DNA of 64,000 nt from Albugo candida (GCA_040437565.1 JBDOQK010000055.1:62001-126000), one strand, 5' to 3'; positions 10,972-24,227 are shown, numbered from the stretch's first letter. Notes: a model not told the origin generated them from the sequence alone. A program made the numbers and translations.

Positions 10972-11867
10972 AACTAACGAAAACGAAAGTGGGCGTAGTA
11001 AATCTTTGACCCGTGTCATTCTTCTGTTGCCGTTGAAGCACACAGAAGTACGCGCTGTTTTCTCCGAGGTATATCGATACTATTACGATTATCGGAGCTT
11101 AGGGGTGACAATTCCGATAACTTGGGGCTTATAAACTATTGACCCAAAGCACGCAACGCTGTAGAGGCGATCATATTCTTCGCGATGAGAAAATCAGGAA
11201 AGGCGCGATGCTTCTACCTCGTATGGAGAAACTGTTATAACAGCTGTTCCAAAAACAAAATTTTCTCATGGGATTTTCTTTTTGAATGATTAGTTTCAGA
11301 TATGAGTAGAAATTGTATCACAATTATGTGTGGAGTAACCGGGAATACATATGTGATCTTAGTGACATTTCCCCTTTTGAAATCTAGAAATACGTGTGCG
11401 AAGTTTCCTATTCATTCTACCGAGCTTTGCAGTATATCAAATTAAACAATTTATAGCGTGTAAGTAGCACACCTAAATCATGGTGGTCGTATTTTGCTGC
11501 TAATTTTGACACACCTTCAGCTTCGAAAGTTCCTAATCACTAGTTATTATAAGTACAAGATGCATAGAACGACACATATTTAGACTGGAATTTTCAAAGT
11601 TCTACATGTCAAATCAGTCGCATAATAACTTCGGTCAATCCTGTTATTCCGTGTGCCCACACTCGGAATGCACTCGACATCATTTATGAAAGGCTATCGT
11701 GTAAGAAGGTAATAGAGTGGTCAGGACATTGTATTTGGACCAGTCGGTGCATGCGAGATACATAGAGCACAAGAAAGTCCGAGGGATTTGGTGGATGCAG
11801 AGACAGGTGGACATGGATCGTACCCTATACAGTAGCATTCGATCTCACTATTTCATATACCCTCAGT

Positions 11868-11881
11868 TCACTTTACAATTT
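11868..11881 (+). promoter_or_regulatory. Oomycete Inr+FPR element of secreted-protein gene 1
   Basis: TCACTTTACAATTT is a perfect fit to YCAYTYY-N-CAWTTT, 23 nt before the ATG at 11905. Confidence 0.6.
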
Positions 11882-11904
11882 CTCAAGACCCACCGACATC
11901 GCAA

Positions 11905-12408
11905 ATGTTCAAGATATTACTGGTTACCGTACTCCTATCCGTTCACATTTCTTGCAACGCCGAAAATAATGCTTTTTCGAATTATTGTTCGGACGTAGAT
12001 CCTATTCCAGTTGATTGTCGTCAATATAAACTCACGATCCAGCGCGCATTAACCAACCATCAATCTGATCCAATAGATTTCCCTCTAAATCAAGCGCTTA
12101 ATCACATCAAGTTTGATTTTTTTGCATGCAACGATTTTAAGCAAAAACCTGAACCGAGTACTATAGCATATCGTGCGTGCATTGAAAGATTCTTCATTGA
12201 GGTCTCTCAGTTCATCGAAGCCCATGAAGACCTATTTCGTAACGAGTCATTGGACACACGATACTTTTGTGGTAAAGACATGGAACTTGTATACATGCAG
12301 CTTCCGAAGATAAATTTCTTGTCAAAACATTTTATGCCCTTATTAGCAGACGATAATCAAAAAGCAGTATTTTATCTCCTATCGCGATGTAGTCAGAAAG
12401 TTTACTAA
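11905..12408 (+). CDS. Small secreted Cys-containing protein, family member 1 (candidate effector)
   Basis: 167 aa. Signal-peptide-like MFKILLVTVLLSVHISCNA; VDC...FAC...RAC; C-terminal FLSKHF...QKAVFYLLSRCS. Inr/FPR upstream. Confidence 0.8.
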   Translation: MFKILLVTVLLSVHISCNAENNAFSNYCSDVDPIPVDCRQYKLTIQRALTNHQSDPIDFPLNQALNHIKFDFFACNDFKQKPEPSTIAYRACIERFFIEVSQFIEAHEDLFRNESLDTRYFCGKDMELVYMQLPKINFLSKHFMPLLADDNQKAVFYLLSRCSQKVY

Positions 12409-14169
12409 GATTTCATAATTCATCAGGGGTCTTTTCATATCTTCTCTTTTCGATCGTCTTTCAGAATACATTGTACCATGTCAGTACCAAATTTTTATCT
12501 CCCTACACGTAGTAAAGCTCCACAGCATTCTAAATTCCTCAAAGCCGTTTCCTGAAACGGGACTTGAATCTGGAATTGGCAATATCACATTCTTGACACG
12601 ATGATGTGTCATTTTGTTTTACCTTTACGCTGATCTCTCTACACATAAAGCAATTCCCGCTCCTATATAATTCTGATTCCCCATCTTGTGAATGGTTCAA
12701 GTGGGGCAATATAATAATTGTCCTAGATCCCACTATTAATGCACGTCTGATCCGATATTGCCAGCAAATGTCGCACGTGCAGTTGGTTATCTTTTATTAC
12801 AACAACGTCTTTGACTGTTAATATCGAAAGCAGGGCTTCAATCGCTTAAGTATGATCCATGCCCTTCCTCACAAAACTATACGAGACCTAATAAACTGCT
12901 GAATTCTGAATTATTTTTGCAACACGATAGCTTCCTAGGTCTCGAAAATTAATTATTTGACTAAGCTCATGGGAGCAAACTATATGACCTGAGTATACGC
13001 GTTATTTGGAATACAGAATACATTCTGCAATAAATCCGTCGGGCAGCTCACCAAATTTCTCTTGCATGTACTCAACAAAGTCTCATTCGGCTAGGCTCGC
13101 CTCCAAGCAAAGCTTTCATCTCAATTGAAGTGATTCGAAAAAAACTAGATAGGTTGGAGTTGATCGCTATAGATTCTCCATTGCGCAGAAGTTAGCCGTG
13201 CATTTTCTGGCTGGGATCTCCAAGAAGGTGTCTTAGTTGAAGGATATAGCTGCGCGATAGTGGACTATACAATAATAATTTTGTGCAGAAACTCTGCCCT
13301 GACGTATCTCTATCCGTGAAGCTGCTTCTTTTGCTCTATTCCGTATGGAGATACTCAAACGCGTATCGTCCCAATGTACCGCATTATGGTGTGAGTCATG
13401 TACTGTCCTTTTAGATTTGTGTTCTGCCTAAGTAATGTTAAGGTCTCACCTGACGCGAAGTCTTCCGGGCGCAGTGACAAATTCTCTACTATTTTGCTTA
13501 AAGCTGACCCAAGGTAACTCGTGCAGCGTATTTCTCATCTCAAATCGTAGCAGTAAGTCATCAAAGATAAATGCACTCTAGTGTGGACCGAAAATTCCTA
13601 CTTTTATCTTCATCATTATCCCATCAGGAGATAAATTTTTTATTGTGTATGACAAGCCTCATGTGGTGCTCTGAAAAGAGACAAGGATGTGCTCGGCGCG
13701 AAATGTGGTCATGAACAAAAGTGTACTGGCTGACAAATGGTGTCGATGTTCCGCGAGGTAGCTCCCTCGATCAGACGCAAACTCATACAACACTCGAGAA
13801 TACACTTCACTCTTTCTTTGAGCTCGTCTCTTTCAAGTCAAAGCTTTTTCCTTTTGCCGTGAGTCTTATTCCCTGTGTGACCTTATCATACGTTTCTCCC
13901 AGTATTAGAAACTATTGCATACTCCTTATCGTATAACATTCGTATGCTCATAGCGTACGATTCGGTTACATGTGCCGTAGTGCGAAACATTAAGATGTGT
14001 ATGAGACAACGTGCAAGACGCGGATTGCGATATTCCACACATTAGCATTCAAGTAGCTGGAGAAATGCGTTCATTGAAAGAGCAAAGGGATTATCGAAAG
14101 CTACCAGTCTTCCAAAGCTTTTTTCTTCGCCGTATGATCACAATCTTATCAAAGCAAACTTTCACAGTC

Positions 14170-14560
14170 AAAAGTCGGGCTCGACAAATTCTTCATTATT
14201 CAGCCCGCCACTGTATGGAATCAAAATTAATTCGGATTGGTCGCGACAGTTCCGAAAGCACTTCGCTCGCCCCGAGGGAATGCGGAAGCAGGATTGCTTT
14301 TCTGGTTGATAAAAAAGTCGGACCGATGAAATTGGATGCCTCGTACGCACCCGGACCAGAAACCTTCTTATTAGTATCCGCGTTGGAGCTCCATTTCTTA
14401 CCCAGCGAAAATTTCGGAGCGTTCTGTTGGCGTGTGTGTGCAAAATGTTTCTGCTTTGAAATGATATATACCGGTATCGTCTGCACAATTTGTCTGGAAC
14501 ACTCGTTGACACTTCAACATTCTCGATACATAGAGCATTGAACTGTATATGTGGCGAGCG
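14170..14560 (-). pseudogene. Degenerate fragment resembling SHIPPO/STPG (PGPGAY-repeat) axonemal proteins
   Basis: APKFSLGKKW...VSGPGAYE in one frame and KSNPASAFPRGER in another. Frames are broken by stops and shifts. Confidence 0.35.
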
Positions 14561-14929
14561 AAGAGAAGGTGGCTGAGCTTTTTGAGGATCTAGAACCACG
14601 GACACCGTCGGCATTAACGTCATTTTGCGAGGACACTTTCCGCAATAATTTATACAAGTGGCTCACATATCTTCGGACAGATCGCATGAAGACTCGACTC
14701 ATCGTTCGGAGTGATCCCGTTCAACGTTAACAGTATGTCTTCTTGTCCATTTGTCATTGTTATCTTTCGTCTTGTCCATGACGCACTTATTATCTTTTTT
14801 TTGAAAAGTCGGAATAATCTAGCTGTTTATGAAACCATACGTCAGTAACCATAGGGGCGTTCTCGTGTTTCTCTTATCGCATAGCGTCCACAATGCGCAA
14901 ATCACTCCGAATGGCGTTTCTGGTATGAT

Positions 14930-17900
14930 CCAGTTGCATCATATATAATTATCCATTCACAGTTTGTTGACTCGTTATCGTTGCACGCGTCGCTGATATC
15001 ACTGTCCATCACGCTCTATTTGAAGCATCTGAACGATTCATTTCATTTAGCCATTTTACAGTGTCGCCAGTTCGGATAAAGACGAGTTTTCCAAGACATT
15101 CTGCGCCCATATTCCGTATTCCTTCTTCTTCTGAACCGCTTCTACGCATGAGCATGCCCAGAACACGATCCGATGGACCCATCCAATCCCGATCCGACCA
15201 ATTCCCAATTGCTTGACGTAACGCACAAAGCATCAAATACGTGTGCTCATCTTCCTCCAATTTACTCCAAATCAGGTCCATACAGCCTAGATTATGTTGG
15301 CCACATAAATTACCGAGAGGAAATGCTGTTGCGGTTTTCACATCTTCCCTTTCGATTAATACATACCGTAACAGTAATTCCTAACCATTTCCAAAATCGT
15401 TCCAAATAGCAATACTTTTACCGATTTCACCAATGCAATATAACGCCAGAATTGTATGCGTTCGTTCGAAAGATCGTAAGCAGCAATCAGTCTGTAAACA
15501 GCTTTAAATCGCATATAAGCGATCGGATACCGAGAAGTTTGCATATAAGGCTGCCACACATCGCGCGATATGAAACCGTGTCTGCTTGGACGTGTCTTTG
15601 GAAATCACACAGTGCTTGAAACACTTTCGGAACGGATCGGGCAATTTTGTAATTTGTGTGTTATTCTTAGCCAACTATAAACAGTTATCCCAATGAATTG
15701 AGGCCGTCCTTGATATCACCAGCACCAATTCAATCGCTAGACGACATAACTAAAATTCGAGCCATTTAACAGCACACACGCTTCGGCCAACGTTGAATCC
15801 ACCAATCCCTGATCCAATTCTGCACCTTTTGAGCAAATCACCACCGTCAATGTTTGTAACACGATTTGCTTCCACGTTCAGGATTGTTGTGGGAGTAAAG
15901 GCGCCAAATTCTTCACCACATCGTTTCGAATCGCTGAGATGTCGATACGCTGCGATACTGTACCAATTGCTTTCATCGCGTGTACGCGCGTGTTCTCATT
16001 CTTCAGGAGATCCGCTAACACGAGCAAAATCTCGCGCTCACGACCTCCCAATGCGTCTGACAAACTACTCACAAGCTGGCCAGCAGCATCGATTGCGGCT
16101 TCCTTGACCTCTTGATCTGTATCCTTTGTTTTCAAATGCGGTACCACTGCTTCCATCAATGTTTTCGCATATACCGACGCCAATTGGCTATTTTCAATAA
16201 CGCGAACCAGTGATTGGATCAATTTAAGTGTTTTAGTCACCACTTTGTACCATTCTTTCTGTACACAGTCCACACAGTGACGTACAATCGCTGGTACAAA
16301 GTCAAATATGCTTTCTGGTTCGTGTGTATCGATCAACAGTCGCAATACAGTTAGTATCTCCATTTTCAACTCCGAATGCTTATCTTCGAGCGCGTAAAGT
16401 AACGTCGGAAAGAACAGCTGGAAATGAGAAGATAATTGACCAGATTTGAATCGTGCCAATTCACAAAGCGTTCCCAGTAGAGCTCGACGACACGCAATGG
16501 ACGTTTTGACACGAAGATAACGTGTTGAGTAGCTGATAATTGTTTTTATTTGTTGTTGAAATGTATTGACGAGTTCGATGTTGCGATTGGAATGCGTTCG
16601 AAGAGCGATGATGAATTGCGAAACGGCTCCAAATACATCGATGCGGACATTTTCTTCGCGTTCCTTGAGACAATCGATCAATTTCTCCATCACATGCGTT
16701 TGTATGCTCTCAGATGACTTGGGTCGTGTCATCGCCACACTTAAGACACGAACGCTTGCTCGCCGAACTTTCCAGCTTGTGTCATCATCATCGCTGTAAT
16801 CTTGATCACTAAATTCTTCCTCGCTGTCGTTCATCTCTTGATCTTCGTCGTTGTAATTGTAATTTGGGTCGTATGACATGAATTGTAACAAAAGAGTTAC
16901 AATATCATTCCTAAAGTGCGATAATCCCGCATGACAATTCGTGAAAAACGATTCAAAAGCTTGGATACAATTCTCGCGAAGCTCATCAAAAACTCCGCTC
17001 TGCATAGTCGCATCGTCAACGCGACCACAGAATTGAATCAAAAGTGGGACGATTTTCTGTAAATGAGCATCTAGTCGATGTCCACAAGTCCGTGATAGAG
17101 TCCCTATTGTTTGTACAAGTGTCTGCGTCTCCGCATTGCCACCATGAATTCGCTCCCCCAATTCATCAATTAAGNNNNNNNNNNNNNNNNNNNNNNNNNN
17201 NNNNNNNNNNNNNNNNNNNNNNNNNNNNNNNNNNNNNNNNNNNNNNNNNNNNNNNNNNNNNNNNNNNNNNNNNNCGAACTTTCCAGCTTGTGTCATCATC
17301 ATCGCTGTAATCTTGATCACTAAATTCTTCCTCGCTGTCGTTCATCTCTTGATCTTCGTCGTTGTAATTGTAATTTGGGTCGTATGACATGAATTGTAAC
17401 AAAAGAGTTACAATATCATTCCTAAAGTGCGATAATTCCCCATGACAATTCGTGAAAAACGATTCAAGAGCTTGAATGCAATTCTCGCGAAGCTCATCAA
17501 GACTCCATTCTGCATAGTCGTACCGTCAACGCGACCACAGAATTGAATCAAAAGTGGGACGATTTTCTGTAAATGAGCATCTAGTCGGTGTCCACAAGTC
17601 CGTGATAGAGTCCGTATTGTTTGTACAAGTGTCTGCATCTCCGCATTCCCACCATGAATTCACTCCCCCAATCCATCAATTAAGTGCGCTCGCAATTTAT
17701 CTGAACCTCATCAAGAGACCCAACGCATTGAATTGTGCGTTTTTGTATCAGATAAGACGGGTCATTCCGATGTGTTAGAAACAAGTTCTGATACGTTTCA
17801 TGATCACTGGCGATACAATTGCCAAATCGACGCAATACATCCGTAAGGCTGTCCAAAACATCCGCTTTGATGCGTGTATCCCAGTCGGAGCGCGATAAAC

Positions 17901-18190
17901 TTTGCAAAAGTTGAGCTCAGATCGATTTGGACACCAAATTACCCGCAGAAATATCGACATCGGCCAAAATCGTTTTTATTCCGATTGTGTAGATGTCGTG
18001 AAGTTCGGATTGGCCATGAAGGATTAGATTGCACAATTTCGCAGCAATGTCAGCAGCTTGACGATCACTCACTTTCGTGACCATAATACCCAAACTAGAC
18101 AGAATTGTTACAATTAATTGCAAATAGGGTTGCCGAGTTGCTCACCATTTGACTGCCACGGATAAAACATCATTAAAAGTGTCATTCAAT
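14930..18190 (-). pseudogene. CAND1: CAND1 (cullin-associated NEDD8-dissociated 1/TIP120) pseudogene; partial duplicate across the gap
   Basis: DELRENCIQAFESF, YDPNYNY, YSDDDDTSWKVRRAS, KEREENVRIDVF, WYKV, DTDQEVKEAAI and EEEGIRNMGAECLGKL are CAND1 hallmarks. In-frame stops (PQQS*, VSKSI*) and frameshifts occur in both 5' and 3' parts, and the C-terminal part is eroded. Confidence 0.85.
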
Positions 18191-19106
18191 TGGTACAAAA
18201 TAGCTATGCACACCCTAAAAGCGATAGTATTAGAATCTGATTGGTTTTAAGAGTTCGTACGTACTTTGTCTGCAAGTGCGCTCCGAGCGGTACCGAATCC
18301 CTTGTTGACTCAAGTACCCAGCTCGTTAAGTGTGCCATGTGGAACAACTGTAAAGTCTCTAACAAAGCACGCAATGCGTATAGGCGATCGATCACATGCT
18401 GAGCGATGGGAAGTTGTGGAAGCCTAGATGTTCAGATTGTATGGATATACTGGTAAGACAGCTGGTCCAGAATTTCAGCTTCTTTTCTAGTTAACTGCTT
18501 GGTCTTCACAGCATATGTGTAGAGACTGAGGATATACACGCAACCTCAGAGCATGTCTTCTTTGAGATTAGAAATACGTCTATACATTAGGTTTACATCC
18601 TGCCGAACTTTACATGATGTAGCAAATATATTAAATTGAACGATATTGAAAGCTACTGGACAGCAAAGTCGGATTTGCTGCTCAATTAGGCCTATTTTTG
18701 GCTAGTGTATACTTATTTACTATGTTTCTTGACGAAAGGTCCATCGTACGGCTCAGATGTATGCCGGAATTTTGAATTGTTGAATGTCAAATTTGTAAAA
18801 AGATCGTACTACTAGTTGGAATGTAGGAAGTCACGGTGAGTCAATGCCTCTATTATGAGAGGCTATCATGTTGAATTAAGAATGAAGTGGTCAGGTTTGC
18901 GCAGTTATCGTGTTCTTCGATTGCATAATCAAAGAAAGTGTCAAGTAGAGACAGGTGCGATCCCCATTGCCCGTTTTCATCAGCTGCTCGTGCAAGATAA
19001 ATGAAACACAAGATTGTCAAGCTGTTTGGTGGATGTAGAGACTGGTCGACATGAATGTTTCTTTACACAGGAGCATTCGATCTCACTATTTCAACATATC
19101 CTCTGT

Positions 19107-19120
19107 TCACTTTACAATTT
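19107..19120 (+). promoter_or_regulatory. Oomycete Inr+FPR element of secreted-protein gene 2
   Basis: TCACTTTACAATTT, identical to 11868-11881, 23 nt before the ATG at 19144. Confidence 0.6.
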
Positions 19121-19143
19121 TGCAAGGACCACCCACATCGCAA

Positions 19144-19584
19144 ATGGTCAACATATCACTGGTTACCGTAGTGATGGTCAGTTTGTTTTTACCAGATACA
19201 AAGAAGGCAAATGGATATAGTATATATGGCCCCTCGCCTTCAGGAGATTATCCCACCTGCATATCTACTTGCCCCACTGATGCTTTTTTAGCTAATCAGA
19301 TAGTTAGAGTGAAGGACATTCTCGATAGTATGGATAGAGTTAAGCGACCTCATCATTTATTGCGAGATCTCTATAATGAAGTCCAGAATCTCGTCAAACA
19401 TCATGAAACTCTTTATTATCTGCTCTCCAACACCTATGGGTTTTACATAGTCGGTTTCAGTAACGAAGTTATCGCTTGTGCAAAGAAGAAAAGATACCGT
19501 GGCAAGGTGATCCTCTCTCGACTTCGTACTAAATCTGAGAAGGTGGCTCTGTTTGTGTTGTCGACATGCGCTGACGAAAACTGA
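19144..19584 (+). CDS. Small secreted protein, family member 2 (candidate effector)
   Basis: Start reassigned to ATG 19144, which has the same ACATCGCAAATG context as gene 1. Signal-like MVNISLVTVVMVSLFL; C-terminal YRGKVI...EKVALFVLSTCA. 146 aa. Confidence 0.75.
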   Translation: MVNISLVTVVMVSLFLPDTKKANGYSIYGPSPSGDYPTCISTCPTDAFLANQIVRVKDILDSMDRVKRPHHLLRDLYNEVQNLVKHHETLYYLLSNTYGFYIVGFSNEVIACAKKKRYRGKVILSRLRTKSEKVALFVLSTCADEN

Positions 19585-21437
19585 CCAAGGTGCTTCCTCG
19601 TGCTCTGTACGCATGTTGCACCCTTTACTTTATTACCGGCTAAAGTAAATACATATCACCTAATCAATACACCCCTTTATAATCTCCATACGAGACCTGA
19701 AAATATGTCATCGCCGGAAACCTATTTTAGTATATGGTCACTAAATATCAAAATTCCGATGTAGTCCCTTCGCAGAAACTTTTACTTTCATCTTGTAAGT
19801 GCAGTCCTCGTATGTGACACCGAAACCTTTCGATAACATCTGTAGCCCGGTCTCTTGAGACGACCTTGCTCAATCTATATCAACACATGTCTATTTATTT
19901 CACACTTGGTGTTCGACTACTATTTTCATGCTTCAAAATGACGTACACCCTTCAATCACCAAAAAAGTACTGTTTGCATGTCATTCATCTTTGGGCATGA
20001 ATACAATATCTTTTTTCAAATCAGAAATATCGGAAGCCAGGTTAACGAACACTTACGTGTATCGATCTTTACATTGCTAGAAACAAGCTTCCTTATATAA
20101 TCGTTCTATTTTTCCGAATGTCACGTAAAAGGAGCTCCTTCACCAACCGTCTTGTTTTCCAGCGCTTAAATATGGTACTGCCCGTTTCACATTAGTCTGA
20201 GTAAGAACAATGCGAGCCTGCTATGTGAGAACATTATAATACGGTGAAAGACACGCTGATTCTCTAAGAAGAAAAATTGAAGCGATTTCGCGACATTAGC
20301 GGTATCTTTTTCAAAAACTCGTCCCGACTCAGCTTTGCCGCAAGCTTTTGCAATATGTATCGATCTCTTCTAGCCTTCAGTGCACCGAGGTCATTGAAAA
20401 GTTCACCTGACGATTAATATTTCCAGCTCATGGTTAAACCATCAAGAACCATCAAAACAATCTGTCTCACAATTGCGTCGGAAGAAGACAGAGTGTTACA
20501 TGAGCATACGTAAACATCAGCATTGGTATCTATCTCATATTGTATATAGCTGAAAGGAAATTTATTGCGCCTAATAAAGAAGAAATTCCAGATAAGTGTA
20601 AATTAAAAATTGCTAAATCTACTGAAGAATTGATTGTGCTTGTATACTAGAAAAAAGTCGATACTCTCTGCATTGAGAATGATTAAATGTCAATGAGTAT
20701 TCCAGATTAAAATTTCAGCAGAATGTGCCGCTATGTTGTAAGTTTGAGCAAAAAGAACATTTTAAATGCTGTTGATGACTGCTCCTGTAATTTAGGATGG
20801 AAATACGCTAGGATAGCTGTAAGCGAATTATGAGAGGCGATGTCACTCTATTAGAAAAGCCATCAGGTAGCTCAAATATCTTACCACACATCTCTGGCCG
20901 ATCAAGACTTTGACGTGTACATACAGTGCAGAACTTTCCGAGCTACCCAACGGATTTATTGAAGAACGTCTCTTGCGTTCTTGAAAACGCGTATGATGCC
21001 AAGAGCTTTATCGTCATGACGCGCATACGAGTCATATATTTGCCATTAGAAGTTTAATCAAATTAGCTCTTTTCGAGACCATGAAAGCTCGTGGTGCATG
21101 ATACGTTCAGAATTTATCAACTTGGTAGCGTCTTCTAAGCAAGCCAAAACATTCTAAGCAGCATCGTACCCGAGTCGCTTGCTCCTTCACCTTATATCAT
21201 CTTTCAGTTGCTGCGGTGAGAGGATGTATTGTACAGCAAGCCCAAACATATCACGTTTGCAATACGCAGCATTGCCAAGGGAAACATGGCAAGCGATTCC
21301 TTACTGCACTACAACAAGACTCATATTTGGCAATATGTATGAAAGTCTTCACACGTTTCAAGTAAAATCGCTGGTTGTCATATCCGCTTTGCATTACAAG
21401 GGTATTGCCAGGCATAATATTGCTAATGAGTTTCAAT

Positions 21438-21681
21438 GACGACTTCTCAATTAGCCGGCTACTACGTAACCCGCCAATTTAGTACAACACAACTCGAAAA
21501 ACTACCTTTTTCAACTCTTTCCTCTCGAAAACATTAGTCCAAGTCGACATATCGACACAACCCAGGGTGCTAGCGTCCACTTGTAGTGACGTGGCAACCC
21601 TCATGAGTCACCCTGTTTGGGTGATTGCATGATTGTTGATGAGTCATCACCCCTATGTGATGACGTGGAAAGTACCCCCAC
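21438..21681 (+). repeat. Dispersed repeat, probable transposon end (copy 1), runs into a gap
   Basis: 21438-21627 is the near-identical reverse complement of 55572-55762. Confidence 0.7.
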
Positions 21682-23756
21682 NNNNNNNNNNNNNNNNNNN
21701 NNNNNNNNNNNNNNNNNNNNNNNNNNNNNNNNNNNNNNNNNNNNNNNNNNNNNNNNNNNNNNNNNNNNNNNNNNNNNNNNNTCAACTGAGTTTCAATTAC
21801 TCAGCAGAGAAGAAAACGCGCGCTCAATTTGTCAGCATCTTAGCTGCATCGGTTTTGATCGGTGATGACATCAGAAGAGCGATACAGTAAGATCAAGTGG
21901 AATCGGACTGGTATCTCATCCAGGAAATAATAGAGTTAAATCATGAGTAGAAGCATGCGACAAAGAGAATTATTACTTAAAACTGGCTAATAGAGGAGAA
22001 CCGAGTTGATTGTCGTCTCAGCGTATTCTTAACCGGTTTGCACGATTGCAGAGCCTTTCAAGTCGATCTTCAGCGTCTTGGCAGCCAGGTTGCAGATGAC
22101 ATGTTCAGCTTTATCTGTTTATGTTACTCGATCTTACCCGTTCCTTGTCCTTCATGAGTGTGCGACTACATAGTTAAAAAATAGTTGTTTTTATTTTACT
22201 TCACAGCAAAGCAATTAAACCGAGAATCATCGATCGCCGTTTCTCTGCGAAATTTCAGGCGGCACACAATGCAAAATCTTCAAAAAACAGCAAGGAGTTT
22301 AGTTATCGCGTCTTCGAAAGTACATTCTATGCTCAAAAGCCCAGTTGTGGAGCTTTTCATACCGAAAATATGGACAATTAGTGATGCTTCACATGCGTAA
22401 GTATATGGGTACTATCGCGGAAACAATGATGCCTACAGTGAAATGCCATAAGAGAGTATCTTCGACCAGTAAGTGAAAGCGCAGAAAACAATTGAACGCT
22501 CTGCAGTATGCTAAGGAAATTATGGCCGGAATAAATGGTTGTAAGCCAATTTGACCTTGTCTAGAAATTATTTTCGGTTCAGGAAGTTTACGTTGCACCA
22601 TTATGTATATTTATCTAGTGCTTACGCAAGCAGAAGTCGTTTAGGGAGAGACAAGTTTCGTGCAATTTGCATGTGTGGGGTTGATGTCTGAGACGTGAAA
22701 AACTAGATCGAAATGGAGTTGGATACAAAATCCTGTCTCCATTTTCTTGGCTGCTCAGCAACGTCGAGCCTTTGTGTACGGTACAGTTGACCATAATTGG
22801 TATCGTGTGAATATCTCAGAAATACATATATATGAGTAAGCAGTGGAGACGGCCAGTAGAAAAGCGTGCTATTAGCGCTGTTCTTTAGACGTTTCGGTGA
22901 AAGTTATGCTGATCAACCGAGATTTGTGATATCAGTACATGATGACCTCGACAATGCCATCCCTGTAACGTATCGTTACTTTACATTGCCAGTCACCAGG
23001 ATCCTAGTAAATCAGGACAAAGTTGCCGTATTTCAACACTCGTAGCTTACGTCCGGTGCGCACTTGATCGGTGTCAATATGAGTGTAAAGAGTTCGCTCA
23101 GTCGGATACCCAACCATCCCAATTTAGTTCTCAATACCGCTCATATTCATCGACAAAAAGAAAGGGTACTTGCTACCTTCTTTTATCGACACCATGCCAA
23201 TACTCTTGTATGCACCTGCAGTGTTCTATCTTTTCTCGATGAAATTGGAGAGAGCCCGTCTGGCTACTACCTGCTGAGGTGATCCGAGCTTCCTGTATTA
23301 GACATATGAAGCGATCAACATCAACAAACGAAGCAAAGTGAATGGCGATCTTGCGTCGCTAATGGGATACATGGCTCGCTCCATGCAGTATCAATGTTCG
23401 AGAATGTACGATTGAAAAATTCCGGACTTTCATGACTTCGTGAGTATGTGCCGATAACGAAACTATGAATCCATTCGATTAGTTTGAATGATATGAAGGA
23501 ACGTCAGGCTCCTGAAAGAGGATAGATGTTGCGCTTGTACAATAAACACAGCTTTCAAGTGAAGTCCTCAAAGAATAATACGACATTAGGCGAGCATCAT
23601 CACGATTTTAACCGGATATGTGTCAGAAGATGATGAAGAGCCTCGATCACGTATAAAGAAATCATAGAACTGAGAAGGAACAGGGTGAATTGTTTCGAAA
23701 AAAAACGATTGAATAAACTGAAAGATAGGCAACATACATCTCACCCAGATACGACT

Positions 23757-24227
23757 TCAGCTTTTGGGTGGGATCTGACTGCATTCGGATAAGATATAAA
23801 ACGCCACTTTCTCACTTTCTCCGTACTTTTCGAGGTAGGCATAGCCGAGGTGCTTATGCTCGTAAACATAAGACAGGAAACGAGGGGATATTGGAAAAAC
23901 GTTGAAGCAACTGCATTGTATCTTCTTTGTTATTTGGTGGCATGTTTTGAGGAAAGCCAAGACGTATTCTATCAAACATTTTTCACATAAACCATGATAT
24001 TCCGATGATTCTCCCACCGAGCTACAATCACGGACATTGTCACTTATTCTGCTTCTATTCACAGACATCAATGCTCTATCGAGTTCGGCACCATAATTGA
24101 CACATGCGAAACGAAATGTAACAGGAGATGGTAATATTGAATTAGAAACGACCCAATTTATCTCCTCAGTATTCTGAGATAACACAGTGGCCAGGAAAAC
24201 GGAGAGCAATCATGTTTCTCGCATCAT
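23757..24227 (-). pseudogene. Small secreted protein, family member 3, with a premature stop in the signal peptide
   Basis: ATG ATG CGA GAA ACA TGA TTG CTC TCC: an in-frame TGA at 24212-24210, followed by LLSVFLATVLS and an open frame ending EKVAFYILSECSQ. Inr/FPR-like TCAATTTACAATTT at 24260-24247. Confidence 0.7.

Noticed and set aside
19051-19143. Longer ORF-track starts for members 2, 5 and 6 (19051, 50567, 51792)
   Set aside because: The extensions precede the signal peptides. Those of members 2 and 6 also run through the Inr-like promoter DNA. Paralog comparison fixes the downstream ATGs.
19510-19545. SRLR..SEK in member 2 as RXLR-EER
   Set aside because: It is not an exact RxLR and lies near the C-terminus rather than just after the signal peptide.
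23955-23995. CEKCL in member 3 as a CCG/CHXC effector motif
   Set aside because: It is mid-protein, lacks the downstream Gly and the His, and is absent from the other six members.
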